DNA from: Woeseiaceae bacterium
Lineage (GTDB): Bacteria; Pseudomonadota; Gammaproteobacteria; Steroidobacterales; Woeseiaceae
NCBI GenBank assembly: GCA_011772865.1
Contig: WVYQ01000036.1
Coordinates: 27,178-91,177, forward strand
Direction: 5' to 3'
DNA: 64,000 nucleotides
Positions 40,822-51,344 of this stretch are shown in pieces. The notes below the pieces were generated by a model. The model did not search any database. It saw only the letters and a list, made by a program, of their open reading frames with translations, and was not told the DNA's origin. The translations under genes and the position numbers were made by a program. The first letter of the stretch is position 1, and every line of letters starts with the position of its first letter.

Positions 40822-41251
40822 CGCAACGCTCACAGTTGACCCAACCCGAGTGGCCGTCGGCGTAGTACTCTTTCTTCCAGATCGGCAGCCGCACTTTGAG
40901 TTGATCGATGATGTATCGGCAGGCGAGAAACGCCTCGTCACGATGCGGCGCCGATACACCAACCCAGACAGCACATTCGCCGATCTCGAGCATGCCAGTC
41001 CGATGAACGCAGTGCGCCTGGAGGTGCGGAAACCGTTCGCGCGCTTCGGCAAGTATTGCCTCCCCCTCGGATCTGGCGAGCGGCTCATAGGCCTCGTACT
41101 CGAGCCGCCGCACCTCATGTCCCTCGTTCTCGTTGCGTATCCAGCCTTCGAAACCACAGTAAGCACCGGCGCCCGGATCGAACAGCTTCTTGCGCAGATC
41201 ATCGGGGTGGATGTCGCTTGTGGTCATCTCGATCATGTCAGCCGCCCGCAA
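40808..41251 (-). CDS. moaE: Molybdopterin synthase catalytic subunit
   Basis: 147 aa. GFEGWIRNENEGHEVRRLEYEAYEPLA is the typical MoaE core. Overlaps moaD. Confidence 0.88.
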   Translation of the reverse strand: MRAADMIEMTTSDIHPDDLRKKLFDPGAGAYCGFEGWIRNENEGHEVRRLEYEAYEPLARSEGEAILAEARERFPHLQAHCVHRTGMLEIGECAVWVGVSAPHRDEAFLACRYIIDQLKVRLPIWKKEYYADGHSGWVNCERCAKSA

Positions 41252-41480
41252 CCGGTGGAAACAGCAACACGGTATCCCCGTCGCCTACCGGGGAGTCCCA
41301 GTCGGCCATGACATCGTTGATGGCAACTTTGCAATGGCCACTCGGCTCGGCAGAACCATGCCTTTCCCTGGTCGCCCGAAAAACGTCCGCCGCCGTCTCG
41401 ACGTCGATCGACAGGGTTTCTTCGTCAACACCGGCATGTTCACGAAACATCGCGAAGTACCTCACCGTCACCGTCTTCAC
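41238..41480 (-). CDS. moaD: Molybdopterin synthase sulfur-carrier subunit
   Basis: 80 aa. Ubiquitin-like, ending in the diagnostic C-terminal GG (PPVAGG). Confidence 0.85.
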   Translation of the reverse strand: MKTVTVRYFAMFREHAGVDEETLSIDVETAADVFRATRERHGSAEPSGHCKVAINDVMADWDSPVGDGDTVLLFPPVAGG

Positions 41481-42073
41481 GAGGCTGCCTCCAGCACGCT
41501 GGCCTCGAGATCGTCCGGCGTGTTGACGTTATCAAGCGAAACCGGGTTTGGCTGCTCGAGTAGCCTGGTATCGGAATTGATCAGCATCTTTCGCGGGCAG
41601 ACAATTCCGTCCTCAACAAACCGCCGTACTACGCTGTCGCTTTCGGCCCGATAAATTGCACACAGCGGTTCGGGTAATCCATCGTGGCTGCTGCTGTACG
41701 CAGTGAAAGGCTGCTGTTCCGAGCAGTGCTCTACCAGGAATTCGAGCGTCTGCTCGTCGATGTTCGGAAGGTCGCAGGCAACAACGAGCCAGTCCGCGTC
41801 CGGGTACTCATCCAGCGCCGAGAGAATGCCCGCAACCGGGCCGATGCCATCGTAGCGGTCCACGATATTCTCGAATCGGCTGCGCTCGGGGTCTCCCTGC
41901 TGATCGGGGCGGGTAGATACGAATACCCGGTCGGTCACGCCTTCGAGGAGCGCGGCGATGTAACTGAGCTGGCTCTGGCCTTCGCGGACCAGTAATGCTT
42001 TGTCCTGCCCCATGCGGCTGCTTTGGCCACCTGCGAGGACGAGGCCGTGCAGTGCTCTACTCATCGCGGGCAA
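41477..42073 (-). CDS. mobA: Molybdenum cofactor guanylyltransferase
   Basis: 198 aa. GLVLAGGQSSRMGQDKAL and VVACDLP motifs. Confidence 0.82.
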   Translation of the reverse strand: MPAMSRALHGLVLAGGQSSRMGQDKALLVREGQSQLSYIAALLEGVTDRVFVSTRPDQQGDPERSRFENIVDRYDGIGPVAGILSALDEYPDADWLVVACDLPNIDEQTLEFLVEHCSEQQPFTAYSSSHDGLPEPLCAIYRAESDSVVRRFVEDGIVCPRKMLINSDTRLLEQPNPVSLDNVNTPDDLEASVLEAAS

Positions 42074-42533
42074 AGTTCCTCTTGCCGCCCGATTTGGCCA
42101 TCAGTCGGGTCTCACGAATGACAATGTCGTGAGACAACGCCTTGCACATGTCGTAGATCGTCAGCGCCGCAACCGAGGCACCTGTCAGCGCTTCCATTTC
42201 CACGCCGGTCTTATGATGGACCTTGCACCGGCAGTCGATGACCGCGTTCCGCCCCGTAACTGCGATTGTAATCTTGCAGTTCTCGAGCCCCAGCGGATGA
42301 CAGAACGGAATCAGGTCGTGGGTCTTCTTGGCCGCCATCACGCCTGCGATTATCGCGGTTGCAAAAACCGGACCCTTCTTCGTGGCGATATCATCGCCCT
42401 CGAGTTCATTCAAGACCTCGTCCGGAAGCTCGACGATCGTTCGCGCGTGCGCCTCGCGGTCCGTCGCGATTTTCTCGCTGACGTCGACCATTGTCGGCCG
42501 ATTGCTCTCATCAATGTGACTCAGTTTGCCCAT
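42057..42533 (-). CDS. moaC: Cyclic pyranopterin monophosphate synthase
   Basis: 158 aa. LSHIDESNRPTMVDVSEK...IPFCHPL motifs. Confidence 0.9.
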   Translation of the reverse strand: MGKLSHIDESNRPTMVDVSEKIATDREAHARTIVELPDEVLNELEGDDIATKKGPVFATAIIAGVMAAKKTHDLIPFCHPLGLENCKITIAVTGRNAVIDCRCKVHHKTGVEMEALTGASVAALTIYDMCKALSHDIVIRETRLMAKSGGKRNFARDE

Positions 42534-43550
42534 CTAACCACCTATCCGGTACATCTCGACCTTGCTCAAAGCATGATGTTCGGCAACATCGGGGCGCCGA
42601 AGTTCGCTGTATCGATCCGCCCGCTGTAGCCAGATGCGCGACAGGATATCGGCGAGTTCATCGTCATCGGCGCCATTGCGTATCGGTTCGCGAAGGTCGG
42701 TTCCCTGCGTTGCGAACAGGCAAGTATAAAGCATGCCGTCGGACGACAGGCGGGCGCGGCTGCAGCTGCCACAGAACGGTTCGGTGACCGACGAAATGAA
42801 TCCGATCTCACCGGCGCCATCCGCATACTTGTAGCGCCGTGCGACTTCGCCCGGGTAGTTACGATCCATTCGCCGCAACGGCCATTTTGCCTCGACCATT
42901 TCGAGCAACTCTTTCGAGGGTACGACCTGGTTCATTGTCCAACCATTGCGGTTGCCGACGTCCATGTACTCGATCAACCGGACGATATGGCCGGTCCCGC
43001 GAAAGTGTTCGAGCAGGTCCAGGACCGTGTGTTCATTGACACCGCGCTCTACGACAACGTTGATCTTGATCGGCGATAATCCGGCGCGCTCGGCCGCCGC
43101 AATACCTCCAAGAACCTGGTCGAGCTTTCCGCGGCCACCGCTCATCTGGGTGAAAATCTGCTCGTCGAGGCTGTCCAGGCTGATCGTCACCCGGTGCAGG
43201 CCGGCGTCGGCCAGTTTCTGCGCAATCGGTTCAAGAAGCATTGCATTGGTGGTTAGCGCGAGATCGTCGACGCCCGGCAAGCCCGCCAAGCCGCGAATCA
43301 GGCCCACGATCTTCTTGTCGAGCAGCGGTTCCCCACCGGTCAGGCGCAGCTTGGACACGCCCAGCGAGGTGGCTACCCTGGCAACTTTCAGGATTTCTTC
43401 ATGGGTAAGTCTTTGCGACTTCGTCAGGAACTTGTAGTCCTCGTGAAATTCCGTCTCCGGCATACAGTACGGGCAGCGGAAGTTGCACCGGTCGAGCAGT
43501 GAAATACGAAGATCGTGCATGGGCCGATCGAGTGCGTCGCGAACTCTCAT
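42534..43550 (-). CDS. moaA: GTP 3',8-cyclase (radical SAM)
   Basis: Start trimmed to ATG 43550 (MRVRDALDRPMHDLRISLLDRCNFRCPYCMP, the CX3CX2C cluster). C-terminal CGSCSRARLSSDG second-cluster motif. Confidence 0.92.
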   Translation of the reverse strand: MRVRDALDRPMHDLRISLLDRCNFRCPYCMPETEFHEDYKFLTKSQRLTHEEILKVARVATSLGVSKLRLTGGEPLLDKKIVGLIRGLAGLPGVDDLALTTNAMLLEPIAQKLADAGLHRVTISLDSLDEQIFTQMSGGRGKLDQVLGGIAAAERAGLSPIKINVVVERGVNEHTVLDLLEHFRGTGHIVRLIEYMDVGNRNGWTMNQVVPSKELLEMVEAKWPLRRMDRNYPGEVARRYKYADGAGEIGFISSVTEPFCGSCSRARLSSDGMLYTCLFATQGTDLREPIRNGADDDELADILSRIWLQRADRYSELRRPDVAEHHALSKVEMYRIGG

Positions 43551-43649
43551 TTGCGCATTCTGCCCGAATCGAAGGCGTTGTTCTTTATTTTGCGCCGACA
43601 ATCCTGCATGATTTTTTCGCTCCGAATACCAACAACGCAAAGAGATCTC

Positions 43650-44852
43650 ATGAACGTCACGTTCACCGACGAAGAACTCGCCTTTCGCGACGAGGCGCGC
43701 ACTTTTTTCCGCGAGGAGATGCCCGAGGGAATTGCTGACAAGCAACGCCTCGGGGTCCCGCTTGACCGCCAGGACTTCGTCAACTTCCAGAAGGCGCTAT
43801 ACCGCAAAGGCTGGGCCGGTTACAACTGGCCGGTCGAGTACGGCGGCACGGGCTGGTCCACCGTTCAGAGGTACATCTTCGGTGCCGAAATGGCCAAAGC
43901 CAACGCGCCGGGCATCATAACCTTCGGCCTCGGCATGGTGGGCCCGATCATCTACACGTTCGGCACCGATGAGCAGAAGCAGCGCTTCCTCCCGGATATC
44001 CTCGAAAGCAATGTGTGGTGGTGCCAGGGATACTCGGAACCCGGCTCCGGATCTGACCTGGCGTCTCTGAAGACCCGTGCCGAGCTCGCAGGGGATCATT
44101 ACGTCGTCAACGGCACCAAGACCTGGACGACACTGGCGCAGTGGGCGGACTGGATCTTCTGCCTCGTGCGTACGAGCACCGACGTCGCGCGGCGCCAGGA
44201 AGGCATCAGCTTCCTGTTGATCGACATGAAGACGCCCGGCGTAACGGTGACGCCGATCATCACGATCGAAGGAAACCACGAGGTGAACGAAGTTCACTTC
44301 GAAAACGTCAAGGTGCCGGTCGAAAACCTCGTTGGCGAAGAAGGCAAGGGCTGGACTTACGGCAAAGTGCTCCTGCAGCACGAACGCACGGGCACGGCGC
44401 GAGTTGCCGCGACCAATTACCGGCTCAACAAGTTGCGCCGGCAGGCCGCACAACCCGTGCGCGGGGCCGAGCCGCTGCTCCACGATCGCAGCTTCATGCG
44501 CAAGCTCGCAGCCGTCGAGGTAGAACTCAAGGCGCTCGAATTCACCGAACTGCGCACGCTGGCAGCGGTTGCCTCGGGCAAGGCCCCCGGTCCGGAGTCG
44601 TCGATACTCAAGCTCAAGGGCACAGAACTGCAACAGGCCGTCGACGAACTCTTTCTCGAAGCCGCGGGCTACTATGCCCTCCCCTATGTACCGGCCCAGT
44701 ACACGCTCGACTTCCCGCTCGAAGATCGCGTTGGGGAAAATAATGAAACGCTGAGTTCGCTGACTTACTTCAACTTCCGCAAGGCATCAATCTACGGCGG
44801 TTCGAACGAAATCCAGAAAAACATCATCGCCAAGCACGTGCTGGGCCTTTAG
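43650..44852 (+). CDS. Acyl-CoA dehydrogenase family protein (signature-1-positive partner)
   Basis: Start at ATG 43650 (MNVTFTDEELAFRDE). ACAD signature 1 is intact (GYSEPGSGSDLAS). The signature-2 region is degenerate (LEAAGYYAL). Confidence 0.88.
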   Translation: MNVTFTDEELAFRDEARTFFREEMPEGIADKQRLGVPLDRQDFVNFQKALYRKGWAGYNWPVEYGGTGWSTVQRYIFGAEMAKANAPGIITFGLGMVGPIIYTFGTDEQKQRFLPDILESNVWWCQGYSEPGSGSDLASLKTRAELAGDHYVVNGTKTWTTLAQWADWIFCLVRTSTDVARRQEGISFLLIDMKTPGVTVTPIITIEGNHEVNEVHFENVKVPVENLVGEEGKGWTYGKVLLQHERTGTARVAATNYRLNKLRRQAAQPVRGAEPLLHDRSFMRKLAAVEVELKALEFTELRTLAAVASGKAPGPESSILKLKGTELQQAVDELFLEAAGYYALPYVPAQYTLDFPLEDRVGENNETLSSLTYFNFRKASIYGGSNEIQKNIIAKHVLGL

Positions 44853-44863
44853 GACTCTCGCCG

Positions 44864-45991
44864 ATGGATCTGTCATTTACCGAAGTCCAGACGATGCTGA
44901 TCGACAGCATCGACAAGTTTATCGCTAACGACTACGGCTTCGAGCAGCGACAACGGTATGCCGCGAGCGACTCCGGTTTCAGCCAGGACGTATGGGCCAC
45001 ATTTGCCGAACTCGGCTGGACGGCCGTTCCGTTTGCCGAGGATGACGGTGGCTTCGACGGCGGTCCGGTCGAACTCATGGTCATGATGCAGCGCTTTGGC
45101 CGTGGCCTGCTTGTCGAACCATTTCTGGCGAATGTCGTTCTCGCCGGCGGAATTCTCCGGCGTCTGGCCAACGGCGAGCAGAAGGCCGGCTGGCTGCGGC
45201 CAATGATTGCCGGTGAATTGCAGGCAGCACTGGCCGTCACCGAGCCGCAGAGTCGATACGAGCTTGCCGACATCCGGACCGCTGCGGTCGCGGAAGGCGA
45301 TCAGTGGGTCATTACCGGGACGAAGGGCGTCGTGTTCAACGGCGGAAACGCGGGCCTGCTGATCATACCGGCACGCACATCGGGCGAGCCGGGTGATCGA
45401 CAGGGCGTTACCGTGTTTGCGATTGACGGCACGGCAGACGGCGTTACGCGAACGAGGTATCCGACAGTCGACGGCCACCAGGCCGCGGAGATTCGGCTCG
45501 ACAGCGTACGGGTTGGTGCGGACGCGATTCTCGGCGAGGTCGGTCATGGTTACGATGCGCTGGAAGCCGCCGCGAGCGATGCGACGCTTGCCGTCTGCGC
45601 CGAGGCTGTCGGCATCATGCAGGCCATGACAGAGAAGACGATCGAGTACACGAAGAGCCGAGTGCAGTTTGGCGTTCCGATCAGCAGCTTCCAGGCGTTG
45701 CAACACCGCATGGTGGACATGCTGACCGCGTGTGAGCAAAGTTATTCGTTATTGTTGTGGGCTTGCATGGCGAATGCCGACGGCACGGATGACGCAGGCC
45801 GCGCTATCAGCGCCATCAAATACCAGGTAGGCACGGCCGGTAAGAAAGTCGGCCAGGAGGCCGTCCAGCTGCATGGTGGTATGGGTGTAACCTGGGACCT
45901 CGATATCGCGCATTACTTCAAGCGGCTTACCGCCATCGGCCAGATTTTCGGCAACGCCGACTGGCACCTCGACAAGCTCGCCACCAACTAG
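44864..45991 (+). CDS. Acyl-CoA dehydrogenase family protein (signature-2-positive partner)
   Basis: 375 aa. Signature 1 is degenerate (AVTEPQSRYELAD). Signature 2 is present (VQLHGGMGVTWDLDIAHYFKR). Confidence 0.85.
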   Translation: MDLSFTEVQTMLIDSIDKFIANDYGFEQRQRYAASDSGFSQDVWATFAELGWTAVPFAEDDGGFDGGPVELMVMMQRFGRGLLVEPFLANVVLAGGILRRLANGEQKAGWLRPMIAGELQAALAVTEPQSRYELADIRTAAVAEGDQWVITGTKGVVFNGGNAGLLIIPARTSGEPGDRQGVTVFAIDGTADGVTRTRYPTVDGHQAAEIRLDSVRVGADAILGEVGHGYDALEAAASDATLAVCAEAVGIMQAMTEKTIEYTKSRVQFGVPISSFQALQHRMVDMLTACEQSYSLLLWACMANADGTDDAGRAISAIKYQVGTAGKKVGQEAVQLHGGMGVTWDLDIAHYFKRLTAIGQIFGNADWHLDKLATN

Positions 45992-46735
45992 ATGATCCCG
46001 GAGCCAATCGCTGCATTCTTTCTCGCTAACCAGGAAGTCCTCTGGTTTACGACGCTTTTTCTCGATCTCGGTTTCACGGTAATCCTGTTTCGCCTGTTCG
46101 GGAAGGCAGGGCTGCAGGTAGCGATCGCGACCGCCATTATTCTCGCCAATATCCAGGGTCCGAAGCTGACCGTCATCTTCGGCCTCGAGACGACGATGGG
46201 CGTCATCTTTTATTCGAGCATTTTCTTTGCGACCGACGTATTGAGCGAGAACTACGGCAAACGCGAGGCTAACAAAGCGGTCTGGATGGGCTTCGTGGTC
46301 AGCGTGATCGTTCTCTCCATGCTGAGCTTTGCCGTCATGTACCTGCCCACGGACAAGAGTGCGGCTGCGGGCTTCTCCCAGCCTTTGCATGATGCGTTCG
46401 TGACGATCGCGAACTTCGCACCGCTCATGGTGTTCGGCTCCTTGACGGCCTACCTGATCAGCCAGAGGTTCGACGTCTGGGCTTTTCACAAGATCAAGTC
46501 GATTACCGGCGAGCGGTGGCTGTGGCTGCGCAATAACGGCTCGACAATCGCCTCGCAGATGCTCGACACGGCGATCTTCAGCCTGATTATCTGGGCGCAC
46601 GAGGTCGGCATACGGCAGGCGTTGATTTACGGGTTCGCCAAGTTCATCTTCAAGATTGTGATTGCGGCAATCGATACAATATTCGTTTACTGGGCGAGGC
46701 GTTCCTTCCTGCGCCACGAGCCGCTCATGGAATAG
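45992..46735 (+). CDS. yhhQ: Queuosine-precursor transporter family (YhhQ/VUT, DUF165-like) membrane protein
   Basis: 247 aa, about 6 TM. FFATDVLSENYGKREANKAV and the overall pattern resemble YhhQ. The start codon abuts the upstream ACAD stop (TAGATG). The 329-aa antisense ORF was rejected. Confidence 0.65.
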   Translation: MIPEPIAAFFLANQEVLWFTTLFLDLGFTVILFRLFGKAGLQVAIATAIILANIQGPKLTVIFGLETTMGVIFYSSIFFATDVLSENYGKREANKAVWMGFVVSVIVLSMLSFAVMYLPTDKSAAAGFSQPLHDAFVTIANFAPLMVFGSLTAYLISQRFDVWAFHKIKSITGERWLWLRNNGSTIASQMLDTAIFSLIIWAHEVGIRQALIYGFAKFIFKIVIAAIDTIFVYWARRSFLRHEPLME

Positions 46736-46738
46736 CAA

Positions 46739-47524
46739 ATGCAGCCTTCAGGTGTCATCACGATTACAACGGACTTCGGCCATAAGGGGCCGTTTGTCGG
46801 CGTCATGAAAGGCGTCATCCTGCAACGCTTTCGTGAGGCAAAAGTCATCGACCTGACGCACGAGATCCCGGCACAGTGGCCGCCAGAGGCCGGTTTCTGG
46901 GTCCGGCGAAGCTACCGGTACTTCCCGCCCGGCACGGTGCATGTCGCGATCGTGGACCCCGGCGTCGGCACCGAGCGGGATATCCTGATCGTTGAACACG
47001 ATCACCACTATTTCATGGCGCCTGACAACGGCCTGTTGGCCAGGATGCTGGATCATGCCGAAGGCGCGTTGGTGTTCAAGCTCGACCTTGGCGCCCTCGA
47101 ACGACTGAAAATCGATCCGCCCAGCAACACGTTTCACGGCCGGGACATCTTCGCGCCAGTCGCGGCGGAACTCGCGGCAGGCAAGACAACGCCGGTATCC
47201 ATCGGCATTGCAGCTGATTCGTGGACGCCGGCCTGGGTGGAAGAACCCGAAGTATCCGCGGGCAAGGTATCCGGATCGATAATGACCGTCGACGCTTTCG
47301 GCAACCTGATCAGCAATATCGACGCCAACCTGATCGAATCGCTCGATAATCCCGTGGTCCACATCGCCGGCAAGGACATCCCGCTGCTAACGACCTACGG
47401 CAACGTAAAACCGGGCGAGTACCTGGCGCTCCTGAATTCGTTCGGCGTCGTCGAAGTGGCGCTGGCCGAAAGCAGCGCCGCTGAGGGGCTGGGCGTCGGG
47501 CGCGGCGCGCCCGTTACAGTAAAG

Positions 47525-47533
<9 letters not shown>
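46739..47533 (+). CDS. SAM hydroxide adenosyltransferase / SAM hydrolase family (DUF62, chlorinase-fluorinase fold)
   Basis: 264 aa. [30 protein letters not shown] and [12 protein letters not shown] are family hallmarks. Confidence 0.7.
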
Positions 47534-49204
<1,671 letters not shown>

Positions 49205-49271
49205 CGGATGTTTCGCTACTGAACCAAACGGGGCGCTATTCTACACGTTATTTTCTGTACAATAGCGCGCC

Positions 49272-51185
49272 GTGCCTACCATCACCCTACCCGACGGCTC
49301 GGTGAAGCAGTTCGATGCTGCTACCACCGGCGCCGAGATTGCAGCCAGCATCGGACAGAGCCTGGCCCGCGATGCCGTGGCCGTGAAAGTCGATGGCGAG
49401 ATGTACGATCTGACCCGTGATATCGACTCCGATGTCGCGGTCGAGGTCGTTACGCGCGACTCTGATGACGGGCTCGAGTTGCTGCGGCACGACGCCGCCC
49501 ATGTGCTTGCCGAGGCGGTCAAGGAGCTCTGGCCCGAGACCCAGGTGACGATCGGGCCTGCCATCGAAAATGGCTTTTACTACGACTTTGCGCGCCAGGA
49601 GCCTTTTACCGAAGACGATCTTCAAGTCATCGAGAAACGCATGCAGGAAATCGTCGATCGGGACGAGGAGATCCAGCGCGAGGTCTGGGACCGGGATGAA
49701 GCCGTCCAGTTCTTTCGCAATATGGGCGAGGTGTACAAGGCGGAGATCATCGAGAGCATCCCGTCGGGTGAGGCGATCACGCTTTACCGCCAGGGCGAAT
49801 TCATCGACCTTTGCCGGGGTCCTCACTTGCCCTCGACCAGCAAGCTCGGGAAGGCCTTCAAGCTGACTCACGTGTCGGGCGCATACTGGCGTGGCGACTC
49901 GAACAACGAAATGCTGCAGCGCGTCTACGGCACTGCCTGGTCGAACCCGAAGCAGTTACGGCAGTACCTGCATATGCTCGAAGAAGCCGAGAAGCGCGAC
50001 CACCGGCGGCTCGGACGGGTCATGGACCTGTTTCATTTCCAGGAAGAGGCGCCCGGTGCCGTCTTTTGGCATCCGCAAGGCTGGGCGCTGTTCCAACAAT
50101 TGATCGAGTTCATGCGGCAACAGCAGAACGCGGCCGGCTACCGGGAAATCAATACGCCCGAAGTCATGTCGCGGTCATTGTGGGAGTCATCGGGGCACTG
50201 GGACACCTTCGGCGACAACATGTTTACGACGGAGACGGTCGATGGCCGCCAGTACGCCATCAAGCCGATGAATTGCCCGGGCCATGTGCAGGTCTACAAG
50301 CAAGGCATCACGAGCTACCGTGACCTGCCTGTGCGCCTCGCCGAATTTGGCAAGTGCCATCGCTATGAACCGTCAGGCGCATTACACGGCATGATGCGCG
50401 TACGGGCGTTCACCCAGGACGACGCGCATATTTTCTGCACGGCCGAGCAGATCACGGACGAGTCGATCGCCGTCTGCGACCTGATTCTCGGAATTTACAA
50501 AGCCTTCGGCTTCGACGATGTACGCATCAAGTTTGCTGACCGGCCCGAGGTGCGCGTCGGTGAAGACGCCGTCTGGGATCAGGCTGAGGCTGCGCTTTTG
50601 AAGGCGCTCGAGGCAACCAACCTGGAGTACACGCACAACCCGGGCGAAGGCGCCTTCTACGGGCCCAAGCTCGAGTTCGTGCTGCGCGATGCGATCGGCC
50701 GCGACTGGCAATGTGGCACGTTGCAGGTCGACCTCAACATGCCGGGTCGGCTCGGCGCCACTTATGTCGGTGAAGACGGCAACAAGCACACGCCGGTCAT
50801 GCTGCACCGCGCGATCTTTGGCTCGCTGGAACGATTCATCGGCATCCTGATCGAACACCATGCGGGCAACCTGCCGCTATGGCTGGCCCCTGTGCAGGTG
50901 CGCGTCCTGACGATCACCTCCGACGCCAACGAATATGCAGAGGATGTTGCTGTGGCTCTGCGGGAAGCCGGGCTGCGCGCGGAGACCGACCTGCGCAATG
51001 AAAAAATCTCCTACAAGGTTCGCGAGCACAGCGTCGAGAAGATACCGGTGCTGCTCGCCGTCGGCCAGCGCGAAGTCGATGAACGCAATGTCGCGATGCG
51101 GCGCCTCGGTTCCAAGAAGCAGGAAGTGCTGTCACTCGACGATGCCGTCGCCCGGCTCTCCCGGGAAATGCGCGAACGCAGCTGA
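49272..51185 (+). CDS. thrS: Threonine--tRNA ligase
   Basis: 637 aa, GTG start. The N-terminus [14 protein letters not shown] matches the MPVITLPDGS pattern of E. coli ThrS. Class II motifs and zinc-site residues are present. Confidence 0.95.
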   Translation: MPTITLPDGSVKQFDAATTGAEIAASIGQSLARDAVAVKVDGEMYDLTRDIDSDVAVEVVTRDSDDGLELLRHDAAHVLAEAVKELWPETQVTIGPAIENGFYYDFARQEPFTEDDLQVIEKRMQEIVDRDEEIQREVWDRDEAVQFFRNMGEVYKAEIIESIPSGEAITLYRQGEFIDLCRGPHLPSTSKLGKAFKLTHVSGAYWRGDSNNEMLQRVYGTAWSNPKQLRQYLHMLEEAEKRDHRRLGRVMDLFHFQEEAPGAVFWHPQGWALFQQLIEFMRQQQNAAGYREINTPEVMSRSLWESSGHWDTFGDNMFTTETVDGRQYAIKPMNCPGHVQVYKQGITSYRDLPVRLAEFGKCHRYEPSGALHGMMRVRAFTQDDAHIFCTAEQITDESIAVCDLILGIYKAFGFDDVRIKFADRPEVRVGEDAVWDQAEAALLKALEATNLEYTHNPGEGAFYGPKLEFVLRDAIGRDWQCGTLQVDLNMPGRLGATYVGEDGNKHTPVMLHRAIFGSLERFIGILIEHHAGNLPLWLAPVQVRVLTITSDANEYAEDVAVALREAGLRAETDLRNEKISYKVREHSVEKIPVLLAVGQREVDERNVAMRRLGSKKQEVLSLDDAVARLSREMRERS

Positions 51186-51344
51186 GACCCCAAATGTGAT
51201 GCGGCCTACAGTTTGACTGTGCGCCGCGTCACAGATTCGGCGATAAAACGCTGAAAGCCAGCAATCACGGGGCCTCCCGTGGATATACTCCCTCGACGCA
51301 AGGACCGTGCGTGCGATTAGACATAAAGCAAGGGAGACCGTCGG

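Noticed and set aside
43551-43649. A Moco riboswitch upstream of moaA.
   Set aside because: Only about 100 nt separate moaA from the divergent ACAD gene, which is shorter than the known Moco RNA motif. I could not find its conserved helices by eye. An Infernal/Rfam scan would settle it.
45749-46738. A 329-aa minus-strand ORF covering the whole yhhQ-like gene.
   Set aside because: The + strand product has a coherent 6-TM hydropathy pattern and YhhQ-like motifs, and its start abuts the upstream stop. The minus ORF is charged and low-complexity, with no recognisable domain.
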